This document shows positions 44,656-54,971 of a stretch of DNA of 64,000 nucleotides, piece after piece. The position numbers and the translations under genes were made by a program. The DNA is from a virus. The DNA lies in the IMG/VR virus record IMGVR_UViG_3300009506_000009, positions 1-64,000 of that record; one strand, written 5' to 3'. How positions within the stretch are numbered: the stretch's first letter is position 1; each line of letters opens with the position of its first letter. Under the pieces are notes generated by a model, which was given only the letters and a program-made list of their open reading frames with translations, was not told where the DNA came from and did no database searches.

Positions 44656-45033
44656 ATGATCTCATTAGCAGAATACCGTAAACAAATGCGCTTCCTCGCC
44701 ATTACTCGTGACGGGGGACTTTGCATGATATGCAAATGGGTCCACCATCGAGAACGGGATGCTCAGGAAGTACACCACGTGTTTGGTAGGGGGACCAGTA
44801 ATGCATCGGTCAAAGAATATTATACTTCTCTCATGAGTGTTTGTATAGAGTGTCACCCACAACCAATCCTGTTACCACCAACAATGGAATGGCAGGCTAC
44901 GATCCTCAGAGTTTGGAGAAACATGAACTGTGATCATCATAATAAAACAATGTTGATTGCACCAGAACTCGTTGTTGATAACCCGGTTGGCCTATCAAGA
45001 TTTAACATAAGTGATGGTCTGATCTACGATTGA
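44656..45033 (+). CDS. HNH-like zinc-binding nuclease
   Basis: RDGGLCMIC...EVHHVFGRG...VCIECH. Confidence 0.7.
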   Translation: MISLAEYRKQMRFLAITRDGGLCMICKWVHHRERDAQEVHHVFGRGTSNASVKEYYTSLMSVCIECHPQPILLPPTMEWQATILRVWRNMNCDHHNKTMLIAPELVVDNPVGLSRFNISDGLIYD

Positions 45034-45044
45034 AGGAAGTAAGA

Positions 45045-45614
45045 ATGAGTAAGCCGCCAGCTACCTGGAAAAAGGTAGAGTTACGGATAGCACGATACTT
45101 AGGTGGTCAACGCCGGGGTGCGGATTTTTCGGAGAGAGATGGTTCCAATATTGGGAAAGACGATGTTATTGATGTCCCAGGTTGGGCTATAGAAATCAAG
45201 CACGCCAAAGATGCAAGCTACGGATTAGCTTGCGAGGCGTTAGATCAGGTTGATCAAGTCTATGGAGTGGTGCAAGGCGAGGCCATGCCCGTAGCAATCA
45301 TCCACCGTGGGGGAACACGGATAATTGAAGAGTCAGTGGTATGCTTCAGACCCAGGAAGTTCTGGTACTTAATGGCAGAACGCCCTAACGATAGCAAGTT
45401 TACGCTAGAAGCACCTATCTACTCGTCAACCAAACCGCTGTGGAAAAATATTATATCTGGTGTAACCAAGGTAAAACAGTTTATAGATGTTCCTTGTGTC
45501 CAAGTATATAAAATAGTTATGACAGAGGAGGGTCCTGATGTATATCGGAATCCTTGCTTTGTAGCCTGCTCTCTCCCGAACTTTAAAGAGTTCATCCTTC
45601 CTTTGCGTCAATAG
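45045..45614 (+). CDS. PD-(D/E)XK nuclease, putative Holliday junction resolvase
   Basis: E..IA..LGG.R, D..., IEIK. Confidence 0.65.
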   Translation: MSKPPATWKKVELRIARYLGGQRRGADFSERDGSNIGKDDVIDVPGWAIEIKHAKDASYGLACEALDQVDQVYGVVQGEAMPVAIIHRGGTRIIEESVVCFRPRKFWYLMAERPNDSKFTLEAPIYSSTKPLWKNIISGVTKVKQFIDVPCVQVYKIVMTEEGPDVYRNPCFVACSLPNFKEFILPLRQ

Positions 45615-45672
45615 GCGCAACTACAACTGAATACCCAAGCCACCTAGTGTGGCTTTTTGTTTAGGAGTTATT

Positions 45673-47331
45673 ATGGTAGAATATACCCCTATGTCTCCGC
45701 TTAGTCCAGAAGCGGAGAATGTTTTACGGTCTCGATATTACAAAGATGGTGAAACGTCTTGGGAAGAGGTAGTGGATCGTGTGTGTGAGCATATGCACAT
45801 TACCGATAAAAGTACACATGACATGTTGTTGCATCGTTACTTTCTTCCCAATACCCCTACTCTTGTAAATGCCGGGACACAATCTGGACTGAGTGCCTGC
45901 TTTGTACTTGATATGTACGACAGCATCGAAGATATCTACTCCGTAAAGTTTGACGTTGCACGGATAGCCAGAGCAGGTGGCGGAGTTGGGATCAGTTTGT
46001 CTCACTTGAGACCGATGGACCAACCAGTAAAGGGATCGTCTCATGGTAAGGCCGCAGGTCCGGTTGCCTTTGCCAGTACAATCTCCGTAGATGCTATGAT
46101 TTTGACCCAGGCGGGATCACTACGGCCTATGGCTTTGATGTTTGTCATGGATGTTAGCCACCCTGATATACGAAAATTCATCACGGCTAAATCAGAAGAG
46201 GGAGTTATCACCAATGCGAATATTAGTGTTATGGTTGACGATGAGTTTATGCTTGCTGTTATTGAGGATCGGGATTATGACCTTACGTTTGAAGGCACAG
46301 TTTACGAAACAGTAAAAGCACGAGAGCTTTTCGATCTAATCACGGAGCACACCCACAAGAACGGTGAGCCTGGACTTCTCTTCAAAGATAAGATTAACAA
46401 TAACACCCCATATAGGTATGATAATAGAGTAATCTATGCCACAAATCCTTGTGGAGAGATACCTGCTCCAGACAATGCTGTCTGCAACCTTGGTTCATTG
46501 AACCTTGCTAACTTTGTACACGAAGATGGGTATGTAGATGCGTCACTACTTTCTGATGCCACTATACGTGCGGTAAAGTTTCTGGATAACGTGATCACTT
46601 ACAATCACTATCCTACAGAGGATATACGCAACTTCGTTGAAAGGTACCGTCCTATTGGTCTAGGCGTCATGGGTGTGGCGGACATGTTTCTTAAACTTGG
46701 TGTGCGATACGGCAGTCAAGAGTCGTTGGACCTCTTGGACAGTGTCATGGAGATAATCGCTACCGTAGCCAACCAGACATCTATGGCTTTGGGAATTACA
46801 CTAGGAATACCCGAAGGGTGTGAGAACTTGCCAACACCACGTCGCCACGTAACCTGGGGTTCAGTTGCGCCCACAGGCAGTATCTCTATGATAGGTGGTT
46901 GTTCTTCGGGTATCGAACCTGTTTTTTCTCCTGTCGTGTATCGTCAAGACAACACAGGGACCTACACGATACCACACCCTGATGCTGACTTAGATTGTTT
47001 TGTTAGTGCTGTTAATTCAGACCCCTCTCGCATAGTGTCGGTAGAGGAGCACATAAAGATGCTCTCTGTGGCACAGAAACACGTTGACAGCGGCGTAAGC
47101 AAGACAATCAACCTCCCACATGAGTCTACCGTGGAAAACGTCGCAGAAGCCGTCCTGATGGCTTGGAGAGACCCTTTCATCAAAGGTACTGCATTGTACC
47201 GTGATGGGTCCAGGGATGTGCAAGTGCTCTCATCCGTTGATCTGTGCCCTGAATGTGAGACCCCATTGGAGTCTGATGGAGGTTGTCAACACTGCCCAAG
47301 CTGTGGATGGGGAGCTTGTGCTATTTCTTGA
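45673..47331 (+). CDS. nrdJ: Class II (B12-dependent) ribonucleotide reductase
   Basis: PNTPTL.NAG, SACF, TNPCGE, CNLGSLNL, APTGSIS, C-terminal CxxC motifs; no beta subunit nearby. Confidence 0.88.
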   Translation: MVEYTPMSPLSPEAENVLRSRYYKDGETSWEEVVDRVCEHMHITDKSTHDMLLHRYFLPNTPTLVNAGTQSGLSACFVLDMYDSIEDIYSVKFDVARIARAGGGVGISLSHLRPMDQPVKGSSHGKAAGPVAFASTISVDAMILTQAGSLRPMALMFVMDVSHPDIRKFITAKSEEGVITNANISVMVDDEFMLAVIEDRDYDLTFEGTVYETVKARELFDLITEHTHKNGEPGLLFKDKINNNTPYRYDNRVIYATNPCGEIPAPDNAVCNLGSLNLANFVHEDGYVDASLLSDATIRAVKFLDNVITYNHYPTEDIRNFVERYRPIGLGVMGVADMFLKLGVRYGSQESLDLLDSVMEIIATVANQTSMALGITLGIPEGCENLPTPRRHVTWGSVAPTGSISMIGGCSSGIEPVFSPVVYRQDNTGTYTIPHPDADLDCFVSAVNSDPSRIVSVEEHIKMLSVAQKHVDSGVSKTINLPHESTVENVAEAVLMAWRDPFIKGTALYRDGSRDVQVLSSVDLCPECETPLESDGGCQHCPSCGWGACAIS

Positions 47332-47404
47332 CAAAACAAATCAAGTGTGTTATACTGTAGCCCAATGAAACCGTTGGGCTTTTTTTGTTTACCTGGAGGT
47401 TCCT

Positions 47405-47674
47405 ATGTTGAGAGATATACTTGAGGTAATACAGGATATCTGGAATGATGCGTTTGGTAAGGCGATTGCAATTACATGTATGGTTGGGATCGTTCTAATT
47501 ATTGTTCTTGGCGTGCTTGCAAGCCAGCACTCAACCAATACAATGATGCTACGTAAAACTTGTGCCGACAATGGATACCCAACCTTTCGTGAGATTGGAG
47601 GGGAGTATTACTGTCAGAGGTTAGTTGATGGTACTGATGAGATTGTGCCTGTCACTATCTTCATAGGAGACTGA
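47405..47674 (+). CDS. Membrane-anchored hypothetical protein
   Basis: GGAGG RBS; one TM segment. Confidence 0.65.
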   Translation: MLRDILEVIQDIWNDAFGKAIAITCMVGIVLIIVLGVLASQHSTNTMMLRKTCADNGYPTFREIGGEYYCQRLVDGTDEIVPVTIFIGD

Positions 47675-47675
47675 T

Positions 47676-48401
47676 ATGGCTAGTCGTGCTAAGGCTAAGA
47701 ATTATACAAACAACACACGTACAACTAAATCCACTGGAAAGATCAGGCCAGAAGAGGCTCGTGTTTGGATGCTACGGTTTATGGGTTTGCTCTGGTCTCT
47801 TGGTGCCGCTGGTTTTACTATCTACTTTTCAGCCAGTGGGTTTGGTACCTTGTTTGATGGTGGACCTGTCATTAAAGCGTTTGGTGGGTTTATTGCGTTT
47901 GGTGTTGTCTTCTGGCAACTTTACTTCTACCAGGGGTATACTGAGAACAAGACCTTCCTATCTGTAAGTGTGTTCGCTATGCTGTACTCTCTTTGGAGCA
48001 CATGGATTGGACTGATGACTTTGGGCAACACAGATATGTTTGCTGAACCTATGAAGGCTCTCTGGAAGCTGTTCTTTGCTGTTCTTATTGACTGGACTGC
48101 TGAGCCTGTCTTTCTGTTTGCTGTCTTTGGTAAGGAAGCTCTTAGAGTTTCTGATGCTATTGGTGCGTTCTTTGATATCATTATCCCTGGTGATCAGAGT
48201 GGCTTGTACAAGAAGCGGTCCTTTTCTCTCTTCAACCGAAAGAAGAACCACACACCATATACCACCCCCTCTACGGCTCCGTTACGAACTACACCAGTTG
48301 CTGGTGGTCGTACCAACTTTAACGCTACAGCACATGGTGAGGATCGTCGCACAATCCCATCACATGTTGCTGAGTTACAGGAACGACTAAAGAGGATATA
48401 A
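47676..48401 (+). CDS. Multi-pass membrane protein
   Basis: About 4 hydrophobic segments. Confidence 0.7.
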   Translation: MASRAKAKNYTNNTRTTKSTGKIRPEEARVWMLRFMGLLWSLGAAGFTIYFSASGFGTLFDGGPVIKAFGGFIAFGVVFWQLYFYQGYTENKTFLSVSVFAMLYSLWSTWIGLMTLGNTDMFAEPMKALWKLFFAVLIDWTAEPVFLFAVFGKEALRVSDAIGAFFDIIIPGDQSGLYKKRSFSLFNRKKNHTPYTTPSTAPLRTTPVAGGRTNFNATAHGEDRRTIPSHVAELQERLKRI

Positions 48402-48404
48402 TAT

Positions 48405-48623
48405 ATGAGCGTGATTACTGTACTATTGTTGATCTGGCTAGTTGGCTTTGCATTAACAACGTTGGCGGTTTTTTGGATAGATGGAGATGATGCAGGTCAA
48501 CCAGGATGGGGATGCACCGCTCTTGTGGTCTCGGTGTTTTGGTTTGTCTTCTGGCCTTATATTGTGATAGCTCAACGTAAAAGGGAAAAGAAACTGAGGA
48601 GGTTTATCCATGATGACCATTAA
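48405..48623 (+). CDS. Small membrane protein
   Basis: Two TM segments. Confidence 0.6.
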   Translation: MSVITVLLLIWLVGFALTTLAVFWIDGDDAGQPGWGCTALVVSVFWFVFWPYIVIAQRKREKKLRRFIHDDH

Positions 48624-48891
48624 ATCAGATACCTATATGCTCTGGCAGAATAATGACCCCTCCAAAGATGTCACAGTTGAAATGACTATTCGGTGGGGTA
48701 TTGAGCACTTTGAACGTAAGTATCAACAGCCAGTTGTGCATATCTCATGTCATAAGCAGGTACCTCTATCGGACTTGGTGAAAACCTTTCCTGGGATCAC
48801 TTTTAATCATGATGAGTCCATCTATACCACGTCCCTGCTTTACATTTATGGTAAGTTGAAACCAGAAGTAGAGCAGGAAGAATTACTCTAG
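48610..48891 (+). CDS. Hypothetical protein
   Basis: GGAGG RBS. Confidence 0.65.
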   Translation: MMTIKSDTYMLWQNNDPSKDVTVEMTIRWGIEHFERKYQQPVVHISCHKQVPLSDLVKTFPGITFNHDESIYTTSLLYIYGKLKPEVEQEELL

Positions 48892-48899
48892 GAGAAACT

Positions 48900-49433
48900 A
48901 TGTATGTAGAATTAGCAAAAGCTTTAAGTGAATACCAGCCCAATACCCACTTGACTGCCATCTACCCACGGGAGCATGCCCTTAGCTATCTTTTAATGGG
49001 TCTTATGGCAGAGGTCTCTGAGTTTGGTAACAGCGAGACTAGAGAGGACGCCATCAAAGAGTTGGGCGACCTATTCTGGTTTACCTCCGAACTTGCCACC
49101 CTCATTAATGCCGACCTCTCTACTCTCTATCAGGCCAGCCCCGGCATCAACGAACTCGGAGAAGCTTGGCGACCACCCAAGGGCGATGTAATCGCTATGG
49201 CGATCTTCTCCAACGAGGTCATGGACATCCAGGGTGTAGCCGCAAAACATCTTCGTGATGGTACACCCTATGAAGATGAGATGTCTTTGTTCCTGACACG
49301 AGCACTCCGCACCTGGGAAACGATTGCAGATGCGATGGGGGCAGATGCTGTACCGCTATTATATGACAATCTGGCAAAACTACAGTCCAGACAACGCCGG
49401 GGTGTACTCGGTGGATCAGGAGATAATAGATAA
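48900..49433 (+). CDS. MazG-like NTP pyrophosphatase
   Basis: GLxxExxE, KELGDLFW, NLAKL..R..RG.L.GSGDNR. Confidence 0.85.
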   Translation: MYVELAKALSEYQPNTHLTAIYPREHALSYLLMGLMAEVSEFGNSETREDAIKELGDLFWFTSELATLINADLSTLYQASPGINELGEAWRPPKGDVIAMAIFSNEVMDIQGVAAKHLRDGTPYEDEMSLFLTRALRTWETIADAMGADAVPLLYDNLAKLQSRQRRGVLGGSGDNR

Positions 49434-49516
49434 CCGCCCCCGTAAGGGGGTTTTTCATCCTTGACACAGCCTGCCTTCTGTGTTAAAATCATTCTACTTT
49501 TTATGGAGGTGTAACT

Positions 49517-50707
49517 ATGGCAGACCTTTATATCCCAGGCAACCCATCAATAGATGAGGCAATAGAATACTTCGGCGCAGAAGCAATGAAGCAGGTCCAG
49601 ACCCTGGTCTCTCGACCAGAGTTTACTCATGTGCGCCTAATGCGGGATGGTCACCTTGGCTATCAGTCTATGCCAATCGGTGGGGTAACTGTATCACATC
49701 GATATATTGCTCCTGGTGGGGCAGGGTTTGATATTGGGTGTGGTAATTGGGCTGGTAAAACAGAAGTTCATATGTCTTACTTAACCAGAGGTGACCTGTA
49801 TGAATTGGGGATCGAAATCTCTAAGAAGATTGCTATTGGTCTTGGTCAGGCTTATGGTACGTTCGCTGACCACCCACTGCTTCCAGACATCATCCATGCA
49901 GTTAAGGATGCTCATATCAATATCACACCTGAAGTTATCATTAACCAGTTTGGTTCCGTTGGTGCAGGCAACCACTATATTGACCTGATGACAGACTCCG
50001 AAGGATATATCTGGATCGCTCTTCACTATGGCTCCCGTAAGCTTGGGCATACCATTGCTGATCACTACCTTAAGATGCTTGGAGCTAATGACGGTATGTT
50101 CTCGATGCCTGTATTCCTGGATACATGGTCGATGGTTGGTCAAGAGTACCTACGCCTTATGGAGCTTGCAGGTGAGTATGCTAGAGTATCACGCCGCTTG
50201 GTAGGTACAAAGATTGCTACGCAAATCCTTCAAGACACTGTGGTTGATGTAGTAGAGAACCACCACAACTACATCTGGCAGGAAGTACATCATGGTGAAG
50301 CTGTCTATGTTACCCGCAAGGGTGCAACTCCCGTTCACCCAGGTGTACGTGCTTTCATCGGTGGCTCCATGGGTACGGACTCAATTATTGTGGAAGCAAT
50401 TGACTGTGACGAAAACAACAAGACATTCCGCTCGGCTATGCATGGTGCTGGACGTACTATCAGCCGTGGTATGGCAAAGGGTAAGTTTACACGCAGTGGA
50501 GAAATGAAGCGTGCTCCACTAGTAACAAAGGAAATGATGAACGGCTGGATGAATACGGAAGGGATCATTCGGATTGGTGGTGGGGTTGACGAGTCACCAC
50601 ACTGCTACCGTAACTTGATCGAAGATGTGCTTCCTTATTACCCGCACCTTAAGGTTAAGGAAATCCTATCTCCAGTCGTAGTTATCATGAACCCTGATGA
50701 GCATTAA
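49517..50707 (+). CDS. rtcB: RtcB RNA ligase
   Basis: D.H.G, G.DIGCG, GNHY, HHNY, RKGAT, HGAGR, DESP..Y. Confidence 0.95.
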   Translation: MADLYIPGNPSIDEAIEYFGAEAMKQVQTLVSRPEFTHVRLMRDGHLGYQSMPIGGVTVSHRYIAPGGAGFDIGCGNWAGKTEVHMSYLTRGDLYELGIEISKKIAIGLGQAYGTFADHPLLPDIIHAVKDAHINITPEVIINQFGSVGAGNHYIDLMTDSEGYIWIALHYGSRKLGHTIADHYLKMLGANDGMFSMPVFLDTWSMVGQEYLRLMELAGEYARVSRRLVGTKIATQILQDTVVDVVENHHNYIWQEVHHGEAVYVTRKGATPVHPGVRAFIGGSMGTDSIIVEAIDCDENNKTFRSAMHGAGRTISRGMAKGKFTRSGEMKRAPLVTKEMMNGWMNTEGIIRIGGGVDESPHCYRNLIEDVLPYYPHLKVKEILSPVVVIMNPDEH

Positions 50708-50774
50708 TGAGTGGCCCACTTCGGTGGGCCTTTTTCTTGACTTTTACTAGGGAGTATGGTACAATACCTGCACT

Positions 50775-51575
50775 ATGAAAAACGAACTCAGCCTACTAGA
50801 ATATATGTACAACCTGGACCTGCTAGGGTTCAGGGGTTCCCTGCCACCTGTGGAAAATAAAATCTTCGAAGTGTATGCCGGGTCCTATGGTCGTAAGATC
50901 GCTGGTCTTATGTCAGATGTAGATATCGTGGCTGTGTATGTACCAGACTATGATGACCTTTACGGGCACCTTGTACCTGGGTTTGGTACAAAGACAGAAC
51001 GCTTCAAAGCCTTTCACACACCAGACTATATGGTGAAGCTCAATGCTGGTATGAAGAAAGTAGATGTAACAGCGTTTGATGTGGTACACTTCTTCAACTT
51101 ACTACTCAAAGGTAGCCCAAATCATGTGGAATACCTATTCCTTGAGCCAGGACGTAAGCTCACAGAAGCTGGAAGTATCCTGCTGGCTAATCGTGATCTG
51201 TTTGTTACGCAAACACTGGTTACCAAGCTGATCGCCGCAGGCAAACACATCATGCTTAGAGAAAGCCCACACTCCATCAAAGACTACATGCTGGCTACCC
51301 GCTTCTTTATCTATGCGGTACACGCCTACAGCCATGGAACACTGATGCCTGAACTTACGGTTAAGCTAATGCGAGAGATTAGGGATACAAATGATTGGGA
51401 TTACGCTCAGATGTGGGCAAAATCTTTCTATGAGCATGTCACTCAACTAGTAGAGACAAAAGATACTTTTATCCCGAAAGAAACCAGTGAAGAGCTTGCT
51501 AATGAAGTCCTGCTACAGGTCCTACACGCTCATTGGAACTCACGAGCAAAGGAGAACTATGACTGCTACTCTTGA
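50775..51575 (+). CDS. DNA pol-beta superfamily nucleotidyltransferase (RlaP-like)
   Basis: GS...G..SDVD..VYV; 'FFNLLLKGSPNHVEYLF'. Confidence 0.75.
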   Translation: MKNELSLLEYMYNLDLLGFRGSLPPVENKIFEVYAGSYGRKIAGLMSDVDIVAVYVPDYDDLYGHLVPGFGTKTERFKAFHTPDYMVKLNAGMKKVDVTAFDVVHFFNLLLKGSPNHVEYLFLEPGRKLTEAGSILLANRDLFVTQTLVTKLIAAGKHIMLRESPHSIKDYMLATRFFIYAVHAYSHGTLMPELTVKLMREIRDTNDWDYAQMWAKSFYEHVTQLVETKDTFIPKETSEELANEVLLQVLHAHWNSRAKENYDCYS

Positions 51576-52569
51576 TCTTGTACGTAAAGCGTTTGGTCCT
51601 GAAATCGCATATCAGCTAGGAGAGGAAGGCCGATCACCGAATGTGACCTTCCTCCCTACAGGCATTGCTACACTCGATGAAGCTTTGGGGGGTGGGGTAC
51701 CTGCTGGACGGATTATAGAGATTTACGGTCCTGAAAGCTCAGGAAAGACTGCCACTGCGTGTGCCATTGTGGGGTCCTTACAACGCCATGGGTATGATGC
51801 TGTCTACGTTGATCTTGAATATTCTCTCAACCTACAGGAGGCTGACAGCAATGGAATGAGCATCGATGATGTGATTATCTCTCAGCCTGACGATGCTCGT
51901 ACAGCTATGAAAGTTATTGAAACCGTTGTTCGGGGAGCACAGAACAAAACTGTTGTCGTGCTCGATAGTGTTGCTGGCCTCGTCACACCCGCAGAGTTAG
52001 AGGCTGATCCTGGTGATGCCAGGATTGGCGAGACAGCTAGACTTATGTCTCAGATGATGCGTAAGTTGGCTGGTCCTACCAGTACTGGAGAGCATGTGCT
52101 AATATTCACAAACCAACTACGTATGAAGATTGGTGTAATGTTTGGCAACCCGGAGACTACTACAGGGGGTCGTGCCTTGCGCTTTTGGGCGTCTCAACGG
52201 ATACAGCTACTTGGTCGTCAGAAACTCATGGAAGGCAAAACCACCCCTATTGGCATTAACTGTAGGGCACGTATTGACAAAAATAAAGTAGCTCCACCAT
52301 TCAAGAATGCCGACTACGTGATCCTGTTTGATGGTACCGGGATCGACCGAGTACCTGCAACCCTTACCGTTGCAAACAAGTATGGGATCGTCCGTAAGAG
52401 CGGTGGATATCACTACTACCCACCAGACGCCGAGAAGTATACTGCTTCATCGTTTGACAACATGGTGGCATGGTTGAAAGATAAAGAGCACGTAGAAGAC
52501 TACCAAGAAATATACAACCAAGTTGTTGAAGCTGTAAAGCCCCCTACTATCGAAACCCCTTCTGCGTAA
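51559..52569 (+). CDS. recA: RecA recombinase
   Basis: GRIIEIYGPESSGKT, DSVA, NQLRMKIGVMFGNPETTTGG. Confidence 0.95.
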   Translation: MTATLDLVRKAFGPEIAYQLGEEGRSPNVTFLPTGIATLDEALGGGVPAGRIIEIYGPESSGKTATACAIVGSLQRHGYDAVYVDLEYSLNLQEADSNGMSIDDVIISQPDDARTAMKVIETVVRGAQNKTVVVLDSVAGLVTPAELEADPGDARIGETARLMSQMMRKLAGPTSTGEHVLIFTNQLRMKIGVMFGNPETTTGGRALRFWASQRIQLLGRQKLMEGKTTPIGINCRARIDKNKVAPPFKNADYVILFDGTGIDRVPATLTVANKYGIVRKSGGYHYYPPDAEKYTASSFDNMVAWLKDKEHVEDYQEIYNQVVEAVKPPTIETPSA

Positions 52570-52673
52570 GGGGTTTTTCTTGTTTTTCACGCCTGGGGAA
52601 GTGGTTAGTATAGGCATATCATTGGAGTGGGGGAGGGGTTGACAGTTGTCCTCGTATGTGATATAATGACGAC

Positions 52674-53231
52674 ATGCCCGATGGAAAGACTCACCTAACA
52701 TATAATAACCGATGGAAACCTGCCCTACTTTTTCTAGGGTCTATCTTCTTTCTATCTGTTGGCTTTGGCATGTTCCCTGATCTTCCCAGTTTATCCTGGA
52801 AGGTAACCATCCTGGGGTATGTGGGATACTTATGTGGGATATTCATCAGCCGTTGGATTGATCCAGACTCTGACCTCATGGGTATGACAGAATCAGAAGG
52901 TCGCTTAATGAATGAATGGCGCATCACAAAGTTTCGTTTTATCCAGGAGCTTGGTGGTGCCTTTGGTTTCTTGATCGTTTGGTGGATGCTACCTTATGCA
53001 TATATCATGCGCTTCTTTGGTGGACATCGTGGACTATCCCATGTCTATGTCCTTGGGACCCTTACTAGAGTCCTCTGGTTGCTGGTCCCCATTGCCCTAG
53101 TCTGGTGGTGGTATTACTGGAGCTACCCTGAGTTTGTGACTCCCTGGCTAATTGGGGTCTTCATCGGACTATCCATAATGGATAGTCTACACGTTTGGTT
53201 AGATAATCACCCACCCAGGAGGCTAAGATGA
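52674..53231 (+). CDS. DUF2227-like metal-binding membrane protein
   Basis: MP.GKTH, PD.DL, HRGLSH, H..LD. Confidence 0.75.
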   Translation: MPDGKTHLTYNNRWKPALLFLGSIFFLSVGFGMFPDLPSLSWKVTILGYVGYLCGIFISRWIDPDSDLMGMTESEGRLMNEWRITKFRFIQELGGAFGFLIVWWMLPYAYIMRFFGGHRGLSHVYVLGTLTRVLWLLVPIALVWWWYYWSYPEFVTPWLIGVFIGLSIMDSLHVWLDNHPPRRLR

Positions 53232-53461
53232 CAGCCCCATTTCTTCCAGACTTTCAGATTGAATTAGAGGCTGAGGACTTTACATTGTGCAGGCTAAACA
53301 TAGATGTTAAACCTGTATTATGGGGAGAGTGGTATGTTAGAATAAGTGAAAAACGATGGTATGTGGTTGACTTTAAAATGGGTCATATCGCTAGAATGAA
53401 GTTGAAAAGACAGTGGTCCAGGCTAGAGGCTCTGTACCAAAAAACAAAGGAGATGAAATGA
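53228..53461 (+). CDS. Hypothetical protein
   Basis: ATGA-coupled ORF. Confidence 0.6.
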   Translation: MTAPFLPDFQIELEAEDFTLCRLNIDVKPVLWGEWYVRISEKRWYVVDFKMGHIARMKLKRQWSRLEALYQKTKEMK

Positions 53462-53853
53462 AAAAGTTAGTTGGTTTGGTTATAGCATTGGTGTTGCTGT
53501 TTGGGTCGTTGACAAGTTGTATGACATCTGATGCAGATATTGCATCAAAGAACTTATCCCGGTCTGCGGATCAGTTTGAGGTTACTCGTCGGATCGTGTT
53601 TTATAACGGGATCACTGGTGAGTATATCCTGCAACTAGAAGGGCTGTGCTCACTTGGTAATTACGATTCCGCTGGAGAACTGACGGTCACGTGTAAGACT
53701 GGACCAGACCAGTACAAGAAACACTTCCTGGGCCTATCGGATAATGTTACGTACTTCGCTGAACAGATTGACTCTGCTGGTGTCAGCCCGTATCACTACC
53801 GAGTGATCTTCAAGCCTGCCGCAATCATCCCGGACATCGACCTGGAGCCGTAA
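53458..53853 (+). CDS. Conserved phage lipoprotein
   Basis: Lipobox LTSC; 'NLS..ADQFEV.RRIVFYNGIT'. Confidence 0.8.
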   Translation: MKKLVGLVIALVLLFGSLTSCMTSDADIASKNLSRSADQFEVTRRIVFYNGITGEYILQLEGLCSLGNYDSAGELTVTCKTGPDQYKKHFLGLSDNVTYFAEQIDSAGVSPYHYRVIFKPAAIIPDIDLEP

Positions 53854-54326
53854 TGAGCGTAATCGAACAGCGGTGGGTAGGAACGGGGTTCGAATTAAAC
53901 CATGTGGGCACGGACGATGTGCCCACAACAACTCTTTCCTATGTCAGCATGGGGTCCAAGCTTGAGCGGGTCACTCACTCCGTTATTTTGCGAGACTCCA
54001 CCAGGATTCAATACCCACATTGGAACTACAAGCGTGAGGTCCAGGACGCAATGGAGTACCTTACTCGCTGTCTCAAAGAAAGTTGTCGAGGCAAAGGCAT
54101 CCTGGACGAGAGTAGCATCGAGTTCACTACTGACTATGATTATGATAGAAAAGGTGAAATCCTTCGCATCCATGCTAACTTGATGGTTCCGTACTCACCA
54201 CCACCAACGATAATTAAGGCAGAGCCTAAAAAGTATTATTGTGATCACTGCGACTCCGTTGCATTAGAAGATGAGTACCACTCAGGCACCTGCGAGAATT
54301 GCGGTGCACCGTTTCCAAAACCATAG
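53853..54326 (+). CDS. Hypothetical protein with a C-terminal zinc ribbon
   Basis: CDHC...CENCGAP. Confidence 0.65.
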   Translation: MSVIEQRWVGTGFELNHVGTDDVPTTTLSYVSMGSKLERVTHSVILRDSTRIQYPHWNYKREVQDAMEYLTRCLKESCRGKGILDESSIEFTTDYDYDRKGEILRIHANLMVPYSPPPTIIKAEPKKYYCDHCDSVALEDEYHSGTCENCGAPFPKP

Positions 54327-54335
54327 GAGAACATC

Positions 54336-54938
54336 ATGCCGTTAATCGTAATTGAAGGACCAGACTTTTCAGGTAAGAGCACACTAGCAAAACAGCTTTA
54401 TGAAGACTGCTTCCCGGCACAGTTACTTCACGAGCCTGGGTCCACCAAATTAACTGAGCATATTCGCCTGGGTATGAAAAGTTACCCGATGCAGATTGAT
54501 GCTCGACAGCTTATTATGCATGGCTGTAGACTTGATCTAGTTGGAACAGAAAACCTTTGGGATACTCAGGATCGACTGGTGATCCTGGATCGGTATGTCC
54601 CGTCCACAATCGTTTATGGTGTCACTGATGGAATCCCACTTGATACCTTACAGAATCTGTTTCATCTATTCCCGGTCCCGGTGCCGGATGTCACGTTTGT
54701 GCTAGTCCCTCACCTTGAGACAATCTTAGGCAGGTTTGCGATGCGATCTGGACTCGATGCATTGGAAGGGTCCAGAGAAAGAATCATTCGAATATACCAA
54801 AATTATAAGGCTCTTGCCCATAATTTCCCTGGTATGGTACACATTATTGAAGAGCACAACCCATACCCCGCTATCAGAGAAATCCTATTGTCTAATCCCA
54901 GGTATGCATCCTACCTATATGAAACCTGGACAAGATAG
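54336..54938 (+). CDS. tmk: Thymidylate kinase
   Basis: IEGPDFSGKST, EPG, LDRY..S..VY, PD. Confidence 0.88.
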   Translation: MPLIVIEGPDFSGKSTLAKQLYEDCFPAQLLHEPGSTKLTEHIRLGMKSYPMQIDARQLIMHGCRLDLVGTENLWDTQDRLVILDRYVPSTIVYGVTDGIPLDTLQNLFHLFPVPVPDVTFVLVPHLETILGRFAMRSGLDALEGSRERIIRIYQNYKALAHNFPGMVHIIEEHNPYPAIREILLSNPRYASYLYETWTR

Positions 54939-54971
54939 CTATCTTGTGGTATACTTGCAGTGGAGGTATCT

